From contig CDMY01000607.1 of the NCBI GenBank assembly GCA_001179505.1, positions 1 to 43,619 on the forward strand: 43,619 nucleotides of DNA, read 5' to 3'. The notes under the pieces are model-generated. The model was not told the DNA's origin. It was given only the letters and a program-made list of their open reading frames with translations, and made no database searches. Positions within the stretch are counted from its first letter, which is position 1. The number at the start of each line of letters is the position of its first letter. A program made the translations under genes and the position numbers. This document shows positions 35,978-43,619 of the stretch, one piece after another. The stretch comes from Vitrella brassicaformis CCMP3155. Lineage: Eukaryota; Protista; Chromerida.

Positions 35978-37979
35978 ATGGTGCCGAGCGAAAGCGACAG
36001 GAGCGGGACAAGCGAGAGAGCCAAGACAGTGCTCGATATGGAAAGCGGCCGAATACAGCCTCAGCGAAGACGTTCAACTTGTCGAATGGCTCTATGCCAT
36101 GAAAGAGGACAATGGGGCCCTCATATCCTTTATCCTGTGACGCCTGTAAGTGGGTACCACAGGTCACATGGTCTGTCTGTCTGTCTGTCTGTCTGACAGT
36201 GTCTGTCTGTCTGTTGTCGCTCTCAGGAAACACCCGCAGGAAGGCTCCAAAGGACCCTGACTGTGGCACTCGCCGCCATTCTCATCGGCATACCGGCCTT
36301 CGTTATCTTCACAGCCAAAGCAGAGAAAGCCAAATCTAACTGGGAGAAGTGGGCTGATGATATCGTTAAGCGCTACAGTGAGGAAAACAAGCGTGAAAGC
36401 GTATTGGTTCATCAATCCCTTAAGTTTGGCAGCAGAGGTGGCCTGTGCGGCGCGCCGCCCGAGCTGTCGGCCATCATTGACGACGGCTTCTCGTCGGAGG
36501 CCGAGCTCGATGCGCTGAACAAGAGGGCCATGCGCACCAAGCGCAACGTGCGCACGATACAGACAGGCAAGCAGACCACAGCGACGTGATAGCACATGTA
36601 CCAGCACATGGAAATGAAGGAATCCCTGTGTGTGTGTGTGTGTGTGTGTGTGGTTTGTTTGTGTGCAGTGATGAATGTGTTGGAGTCGCGCCACGAGTAC
36701 GTCGAGGTGCAGAGAGTGAGGGATCTGCTCACGTGGGCCGATGGAAAGGGACCGCAGCCAGCAATCCATCCGCCACATCATGAGCTGCACATGTTTGTCG
36801 TGTACACCGGAGCAAACAGCCATATGATGGAACGATTTATCTTTCCATCGGTGTGTGTGTGTGTGTGTAGAGCCTGACAAGAGGGCCTGGGAGCGGAAGC
36901 ACCAGCGGGGCTACATCGAGGACGAGTTGGACAACCGCTGGGAGGCCGCCCACGTGGCCGAGACCCACGAGCCGTATGTGCAGGACCCCCTGGACCGGCA
37001 CAAGTGGGATGTGCACATGTGGGTGGACGCCGAGCTGCTGTGCGACGCCATGCAGCGTCAGAACCTCAAGCAGGCCACGCGAGATCTGCTGTCCCAGACT
37101 CACTGCCGCATTCAGGAGATAGCAGTGGACAGACAGACACGGTCATACGACCACTATGTGTGTGTCTGGCTGCAGAACATGGTGGTTGACATGCGCATGG
37201 AGAAGGGCGAAGACTGCAGACAGGAACTGGAGACGCTTAAGCGACTGCGGGTAAGGCTCACTCAACGCAGCTAAGGCATGTCGATGTATGTCTCTCTCTC
37301 TCTCTCTGTGTGTGTGTCTGTGTGTGTGGTTTGTTTGTGTACAGGCGCTGACGTGGGGGTGTGGACATCCCGGAGGAGTTTGTCGTACGTTTGAATTCAC
37401 GAGACAGGCACCTCAGTGCACGCACAATGTACTATCGTGTGGTTTAATTGTGTGATTTGTGTGGCTTTTCTGCAGGAGCCGTTTCGCGCATTGCTCAAGT
37501 CCAAGCGCCTCTGGCATAAGATCAACGTGTCGGCATACGACGGCCTGCAGCTGATCCTCATCAAAGCCACCTACCATGTGCGCGGCCACGAGCGTGAGGA
37601 CGTCATAGAGCTGCTGACGAACATGTGGGGCAAGGAACTCACATGGTCCGATGGCAACAAGACGTCGGTACGCACGCATCCACACATACAGCAGCGAGTA
37701 CACGTGTGTCCATCCATCCATCCATCCATCTGTCTGCCTGTCTGCCTCTTGCCTGCCTGCCTGCCGTGTGTGCAGATCAATATCACACGGGCCACCGAGG
37801 AAGAGCGCTAGAAGAAGATCTAGGAATACTCCGAGGGTAAGTGTGCATGGGTGTTCACACGTCTGTGTGCTGTGCCGGTCGGTCGCTCCACCGACCACGT
37901 CTGTATCTCCTCTGTGTCGGTTGGCGTGTGTGCGTGTGTGTGTGCAGATAACCAATCGAAGCGCGCCAAGCTCGGCTGA
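35978..37979 (+). pseudogene. Multi-exon hypothetical protein with a TM segment; apparent frameshift and two in-frame TAG codons
   Basis: TM segment LTVALAAILIGIPAFVIF; spliced exons with good donors and acceptors (including GC-AG intron 36567-36668). The 40-nt exon 37345-37384 lies between two phase-0 junctions. TAG occurs at 37809 and 37821, before a GTAAGT donor (37837) and a final exon DNQSKRAKLG-TGA. The start is uncertain. Confidence 0.6.
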
Positions 37980-38323
37980 TCGATAACGATGACGACGCCG
38001 TGTGTGTCGTATGTAGCTCTGACTCTCTGTCTGGTGCGTGCGTGGTATGCATGGCTGCCTGCCTCACTGTCTTTCTTCCGGGTTTACGAGTGAATGCACA
38101 CACGTCTGTCTCACTGTCTGTTCGATGCGCTCGACAATGGGGGGGAAGCGGAGGCGAGCAAGGCATCGCATCGCTGCCTACATTTTATATATCTGCTGTC
38201 TGTGCGCACTGTCCAATCGATCGTCTCCATGTCTCGTGTCGCACGCCAGGTGTGTATGTATGCAGAAGATACAGTCAGGCACACACATGGGGGCATCCAC
38301 ACGTATCCATTCTGTGTGTACAG

Positions 38324-38830
38324 GGATTCGTGGTTTGCTGAGTGCAAAATCCATCGCAACAACGTGTCACAAGTGGGGCGATGGCGCCCCCCCTTTGGAC
38401 GACCCGTTGGAGTATCGCTATGCAGCGAGAAACCAAGAGTACAACCTGGTCGAGACCAAGTCGCGGGCACATCGAGATAAGGCTGATCCTTAAGCCGGGA
38501 AGCGGCAAACCGCGCAAGTCGGACAGCGTGGCGAAAGTCTTCGGCAGGTGTGGCAGGGACGACAGGGACCCTATACGATGGCAGAAAACAAGTGAGCAAA
38601 GCGGGTGACTAATTTGCCTTCTCATCGGTCTCTCTGCCTGCCTGCCTGCCTGCCTCCTCTGTGTCTGTCTGCAGCACGGAAGCGGTCTCTCGAAGATGAC
38701 GACGACAGGGCACCATTGCCCGTGTCGAAACTGGTCGTCGGTGAGGTCGACCTGGCTGAGACTGCTGTTCCCACGCCGGAGGAGGGAGTGAACTGCTGCC
38801 TACATCTTATATGTGTTGGCTGTGTCTCTC
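38324..38830 (+). pseudogene. Orphan exon pair, frame-disrupted, family unknown
   Basis: Acceptor at 38323, donor GTGAGC at 38592 and acceptor at 38674 join GHIEIRLILKPGSGKP...WQKT|TRKRSLEDDDDRAPLPVSKLVVGEVDL. No single open frame spans the first exon. Confidence 0.35.
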
Positions 38831-39408
38831 CTTCGCGCGCCTCGTGAGCACGTTTCATCGGATCATGGTGCATTCAGACAAACAAAGAAGATGCTGTCGA
38901 GAGACATGTGTGTGAGACATGTTCTCACCAATACACACATTGGACAAATGAAGACATACATCGACTCAGTCGGACTCACTTGTCCGTCCCACCAACCAAC
39001 ACATGATCATCGAGTGTCCACACCCCTACATCACCACAGCCGCACACCACACAGCACACACACGTCCAAGGCAGGCAACATACAACGGATTGCGCTACAT
39101 GGATCGATCAACCCGATATCACGTACGCACACAAAGGTATACAAATAGGGATAATATGCACACAGAAGGACTTCCTTGTGGTCGATCTCGAAAAACCACT
39201 GGCTGTCTCGATTGCTTTCGTCCACGTGCGACAAAACGGCAAGAAAGATCGCACATCCATCGGCATGCATCTCACAGGTCTCATACGCCTCTCCACACAC
39301 ACATACACACATATACATACACTACAATGCGTCGACTACGGTAAAAAGCACCGACACACTTGCATGGCCTAGGGTCAAGACAGGTCAGCCAAGCGCACCG
39401 CAGCTCGC

Positions 39409-40702
39409 TCAGAGGTCCTGACGGGCTTTCGTGGGCTTGGCCTTATATGACCGGATGAGGCGCTCCACGCTTGTGTGGCCCTGAGAAACCAAGGGCCCGA
39501 CACATGCGCCCATATGTGCACGCGTGTCTCTGCCTTGTTCCTCACCCAAACGGCAGCTAACTGGGCTGCTGTGAGAGGTGACGTGGGTGGCGTGGAAACG
39601 ATCGTGGGGTCGGCCCCCGCCTGCAGCAATATCGACGCGATGTTGTAGTTGCCCCTGAATGACCAAGCATTCATCTGTCCCAAGTGAATCCCTCTCTGCG
39701 CTGTCTGTCTGTCTGTCTGTCCGTCAACCGCGCCATGTGAGTGTAAATGTGAGTGTGTATGCGCACACCTGAAGGCCGCGCCGTGTAGAGCGGTCTGGCC
39801 CCCGTGATTCTTGTTGTCCACGTCGGCGCCGTTGGCAAGGGCAAAACGGATGATGCGCTCGTAGCGAGGCATGCACTCGGCCACATCAGGAGGGTCAGCA
39901 CCGGCTTTAGCACTCAGGCCCGGCCTGTACACGCACGCGCAGTCGGCAGCAATGGCGAGAGAGGCCTCCCCGGTATCTTCGGTGAGGGCGTTGATGTCCG
40001 CCCCGCTCTCGACGAGAAGCTCGAAGCACGTAGGGCGGCCCTGAGAGAGACAGCAGCCAAGTGATAGAGGGCCTCCCCTGTCTGCCTCTGTGTGTTTCCC
40101 TCTCTCATTGGTCGGTGACTCACGTGTTCTGCCGCCTGGTGAAGAGGAGTGGTTTTTCCGCATTGGGATTTCCTCGCCGATACGTCCGCTCCTGACCACG
40201 ATATGCGCACACATGTGGCGCAATGGTGAGTGCCGATAATGGTGTCATCCTCCCTTCTCTCCCTGACGTGCACACCATTATCAACGAGTAGCCGCACCAC
40301 CTCCACGTTATCGCCGAACTCGACAGCCTCGTGAAGAGGTGTCATGCCATCTCCCGTCCGTGTGTGCACATCCGCCCCGCCATCCTCAATCAGCATCTTG
40401 ACCACACCAGCGTTGCCGGCAGCAGCCGCGAAGTGCAGAGCCGTCCTGTGCCAGTCACCGCCCTTCTACTCGATGTCTGTGGTGAGGGGCAGCAGCACCT
40501 TGGCCACGTCAGTGGCGTTGTTCTTGGCACAGGCGGCATACATCAGCGGCGTCATGTCGTGGAAGTCCTCTTCATTGGGGTCTTCTCCCTTGCCCAGCAA
40601 TCGCTTGACGCTCACCACATCGCCCTGTGCAGAACATATCGGCACATGGTAGGAATAAGCGGCGATTCGAGCCCAAACAGCACGGCACTGCATTGTTGTC
40701 AT
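39409..40702 (-). pseudogene. Ankyrin-repeat protein with in-frame TAG at 40466-40468
   Basis: MTPLMYAACAK...TDIE*KGGDWHRTALHFAAAAGNAGVVKMLIEDGGADV...GMTPLHEAV...GKTTPLHQAAEH|GRPTCFELLVESGADIN...GQTALHGAAFR|GNYNIASILLQAGADP...GHTSVERLIRSY...-TGA. The frame is identical on both sides of the TAG. The start is uncertain. Confidence 0.8.
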
Positions 40703-40983
40703 CCGCGGGCGCGCACCTCAAGGGCGGCCTTCTGCAGGTCCGGCGATTCATCGCTGTCGGGGAGCTCCAGCCGAAGCCACTCCTGGAAGTTGAGCGAGAT
40801 AGTCGCAAGGCAACCTGCATGCAGGCACACACAGCAACACGTGCCTTAGGCGGCTTCTCATGCAAATGCTGGCTCCGCTATACGTCGGGCTGACCTCCGA
40901 AGCAGAGGGAAAGTGTCAGATACAGCAAGATCTAAGCCAGCATCGCGCAGAGGCTGCTACGCAGGGGACACAGAAGTAGTCAT

Positions 40984-41074
40984 ATACAAGGGATTTCTGA
41001 TACTCACTTCGCTCGCATCAAAAATCCCTTGTATTGGAGGGTTTGATATGGTTAAGGGTTTCACCCAGAAACCC
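40984..41074. other. Two DNA/RNA stem-loops at the edge of an AT-rich island
   Basis: atacaagggatttctgat (40984-41001) pairs with atcaaaaatcccttgtat (41017-41034) at 17/18 positions; gggtttc (41056-41062) pairs perfectly with gaaaccc (41068-41074). Confidence 0.7.
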
Positions 41075-41341
41075 CAATAAAAGTGTTTCATTTTGACGAG
41101 GGAGTGATTATCGATTCACCCTGTGGTCAGTACTGACGTATATATGTATGTGTTTCATTTATTTAGTAGTCCATCGCTTACCAAATCCTATGCGTGGATG
41201 CGTTTATGTGTTGACTCTGCTTTCAAGCTCAAATGTGTATATGTAATTGTAGTCAATTGATAAACGCTTCATTCATTCATTGCTTGTCCATTCATACATA
41301 CATACATAAGTCAATCAATACTTCCCCTCTCCCCTCCCTCT

Positions 41342-41794
41342 TCAAATCATCCATTCATTCACTGCTTCTCCATCTTTATACACTACCTTATACACTGCCT
41401 TAACCTCAATCCTCCCCTGACGACGGTTTCTATACTCTGTTCCCCATCCCTCCCATCTTTCGTGGTCCTTGTACACTCCCTCAAACGTCAGCTTGCCATT
41501 GTCATACTCCTTTGCTGGCCCGTCCATCTTGCCGTCCTTGTACGCTCCCGCAAGCGACAGCTGACCATTGTAGTGGTACTCCTTTGCTGGTCCGTCCTTG
41601 TTGCAGTACTTGTACGCTCCCTCAAATTGCAACTGACCATTGTCGTGGTACTCCTTCGCTGGCCCGTCCTTCTTTCCGTAGTTTGACGACCATTGTGATG
41701 GCGTGGACCACGGAGCGCCTTCCCTTCTACGTTTGATTATAGGCATTAATGCGGTGTTGGTATATACAACAGCTTGGCCACAGGGTAACCCCAA
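41342..41794 (-). CDS. Intronless MORN-variant (MORN_2 / YwqK-like) repeat ORF, possibly a 5'-degraded remnant
   Basis: Three tandem ~22-aa repeats: KDGPAKEYHDNGQLQFEGAYK / KDGPAKEYHYNGQLSLAGAYK / MDGPAKEYDNGKLTFEGVYK. No introns, and the surroundings are AT-richer than the neighbouring genes. The N-terminal ~35 aa look non-homologous. Confidence 0.7.
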   Translation of the reverse strand: MGLPCGQAVVYTNTALMPIIKRRREGAPWSTPSQWSSNYGKKDGPAKEYHDNGQLQFEGAYKYCNKDGPAKEYHYNGQLSLAGAYKDGKMDGPAKEYDNGKLTFEGVYKDHERWEGWGTEYRNRRQGRIEVKAVYKVVYKDGEAVNEWMI

Positions 41795-42479
41795 GAGAAA
41801 AGCGATACTTTTTTATGTGTCGGTGTCGGTCGGTCAGTCGGTCAGCCGATCACTCATCGAATCTTCAAATTTCGGCAGTGTTTCACCACAGCAGGTGAAA
41901 GCGACGTATTCTATCTGTTCGTTGACCATCCATCCATTCACCGAGCAATGCATCCATTACACCGTCGACGAATCAGTCCACATATGGCTCATTGCCCGCC
42001 ACGCTTACAGTCTGACGCACGCGCCGTTCGCTCACGTAGCAGACAGCCATGCACACACACGTCGTGTCATGACCCATACATATATAATAAAAAGGAGGAA
42101 GGCCACACACACGTGCCCGCCTCCATACGTGCATGCGTCATACATAATAAAGGGAGCACACGCATACGGCACGCATCGCCCAAACACACAGCCCCTCTGT
42201 AAATGGGCGATCGATGCCACATATATAGAAATGATCTGATCTGAGGCGCCGCCACTCTACCACTCTCGCCCCTGCGCCGCGCCCCGAGCCGAGTGATTGA
42301 CGCACCCCCACATGCACCCTCACACCCACACGCACCAAAAAGAGCTCATTAGAAGAGAAGGCGCAGAGAGAGGGCAGGCAGGCAGCCAGGCACCGCACCA
42401 CAACGCACAACACACAACACCACACGTCACGTCACGTCTGTCTGCCGCCTGCTGGTGGGCCGGCTGTCTGGCTGGCCAA

Positions 42480-43341
42480 TTAGTAGTCGAAGTGCAGCAT
42501 GCGACCGTCAGTGAATGCGAAAAACTCATTGGCGTCAACCTGAACAAACAACACATACACATGTGTGTATGATGCACATGGATGCATGGATTGATGCCAC
42601 TCCCTCCCTGCCTCCCTCTTTCGCCCAACAGCACCTCGTTGACGCCGTCCCTGACGTCTTCCATGGAGAGGCCGTGTTTGGTGAGGCAGCCGGGGCACAC
42701 GTGGATGGGCACGCCCTTGGCTAGCAGGCGGCCGAGGAGATCGTCCTTCGTAACATTGCCCTCGAAGGCCTCGACGGCGAAGTCCTCTGCTGACTTGGCC
42801 ATCAGTGGGGGGCAGTCCACATCACAGAACACAATCACGTCCTTGCCCATGTTGGCCTAGTAGATGCACACACACACACAGCGAGACAGACAGACATGTG
42901 TGTACAGCACAGCGTGTGTGTGTCCCGACCAGCACCCAGCCACCCACGCACCATTCTATTGGCCATGCTGAGAGCCATGAGAACGCGATGCTGCTCCTCA
43001 GGGCCAGCCGTCATATGGACCATCTGCAGTACACACCACGCACACGTGCAGGAAGAGAAGATCATCGACACACACACACACACACACACAGCCCTCCCCC
43101 CCTCCATCCATGCAATGCATCTGCCACTCACCACTCCATCGGTGGCGGTCTCCTGAGCGACACTCTTCTGCAGGGCAACGGCGCCGACAACCAGTGCAGC
43201 CACTGCGACGGCGGCAGTGACGACGAGCGCCACGATGGCTGCGGCGCTGGACAGCTTCATGCCATGGTGGCCGTGGGCGAAGCCTCTGTCGGTGGCCTCG
43301 GACGTGGTGCGGATCTTGCCGCCTGACTCGATGTCTGTCAT
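42480..43341 (-). CDS. DsrE/DsrF-like (sulfur relay / peroxiredoxin-like) protein with N-terminal signal anchor; 4 exons (43341-43132, 43023-42952, 42856-42635, 42539-42480)
   Basis: MTDIESG...AAAIVALVVTAAVAVAALVVGAVAL (TM)...|MVHMTAGPEEQHRVLMALSMANRM|ANMGKDVIVFCDVDCPPL...LLAKGVPIHVCPGCLTKHGLSMEDVRDGVNE|VDANEFFAFTDGRMLHFDY-TAA, matching the DsrE pattern (V.VF...G...V.VC..C...G). All junctions are phase 0 and GT-AG. Confidence 0.8.
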
Positions 43342-43360
43342 TCTCACTCACTCACTCACT

Positions 43361-43619
43361 CTTCGAGATGCCCTCAACATGCGTTACGGCCGTCACCCCC
43401 CCGGCCTCGCTGCACGCTGCGACCACTGCAACCAGCCCCTCACCGTCGACCATGCGCTGTGCTGCAAGCGGTACGGCCTGGTGATTCGTCGCCACGACGA
43501 GCTGCGGGACACTTTTGCCGAGCTGATTGGGATGGCGTGGGGGGACGCTGGTGTGCGTCGGGAGGTGGTGTTGAAGGAGGGAGAGGAGGGGGAGGGTGGG
43601 GTCAGGGCGGACATCGTCG
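43361..43619 (+). mobile_element. 5'-truncated non-LTR retrotransposon of an RLE-encoding clade (CRE-like): CCHC knuckle and start of the restriction-like endonuclease; runs off the window
   Basis: LRDALNMRYGRHPPGLAARCDHCNQPLTVDHALCCKRYGLVIRRHDELRD...VRREV...VRADIV matches the C-x2-C...H...C knuckle plus RH...E...RAD(I) signature C-terminal to RT in CRE/R2/NeSL-type LINEs. No RT domain is present upstream. Confidence 0.8.

Larger units (their letters stand above)
3300..38000. repeat. Pervasive intronic microsatellites with sense-strand polarity: (CA)n/(GA)n near donors, (TC)n/(TG)n before acceptors
   Basis: Seen in most introns on both strands, e.g. ERCC1 intron 29265-29366 and many introns of the giant gene. 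Confidence 0.9.

Noticed and set aside
41520-41670. ~66-69 nt DNA tandem repeats considered as a repeat array
   Set aside because: Fully explained by the protein-level MORN-variant repeats.
734-42482. Ciliate-type reassignment of TAA/TAG to Gln (the conserved genes HDAC, SF1, ERCC1, COX15 and BTB-TLDc all end in TGA, and TAR occurs in frame elsewhere)
   Set aside because: The DsrE-like gene ends in TAA at the expected family C-terminus and the giant gene ends in TAG before microsatellite UTR sequence. No TAR codon was seen inside the conserved genes, including their poly-Q tracts. TGA preference is expected in GC-rich DNA.

Overview
Intron-rich eukaryotic genomic DNA. Introns are short and packed with (CA)n/(GA)n/(GGAT)n/(TG)n microsatellites. 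By inference from this intron style and the gene families, it is most likely a chromerid alveolate such as Vitrella brassicaformis. Most ORFs in the supplied track are antisense or intron-readthrough artefacts, so genes were assembled by hand from splice sites. Left to right: (1) a lineage-expanded hypothetical gene with a premature TAA in a poly-Q tract and a duplicated 3' end; (2) an orphan, frameshifted first exon of DBP10/DDX54; (3) a ~19 kb minus-strand gene for a giant PH + multi-C2 + TBC(Rab-GAP) + EF-hand-like protein whose TBC domain appears to lack both catalytic fingers; (4) a housekeeping block of three head-to-head pairs that includes this giant gene plus class I HDAC, SF1/BBP, ERCC1, COX15 and a BTB-TLDc gene, with a long hairpin between ERCC1 and COX15; (5) a decayed accessory zone with a disabled TM-protein gene, orphan exons, an ankyrin pseudogene and an AT-rich island carrying hairpins and an intronless MORN-variant (YwqK-like) ORF; (6) a membrane-anchored DsrE/DsrF-like gene with a 5'-truncated RLE-type non-LTR retrotransposon starting ~20 bp upstream of its ATG. 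There are three 300-N assembly gaps, all in introns at G/C homopolymers. No rRNA, tRNA or CRISPR array was seen.
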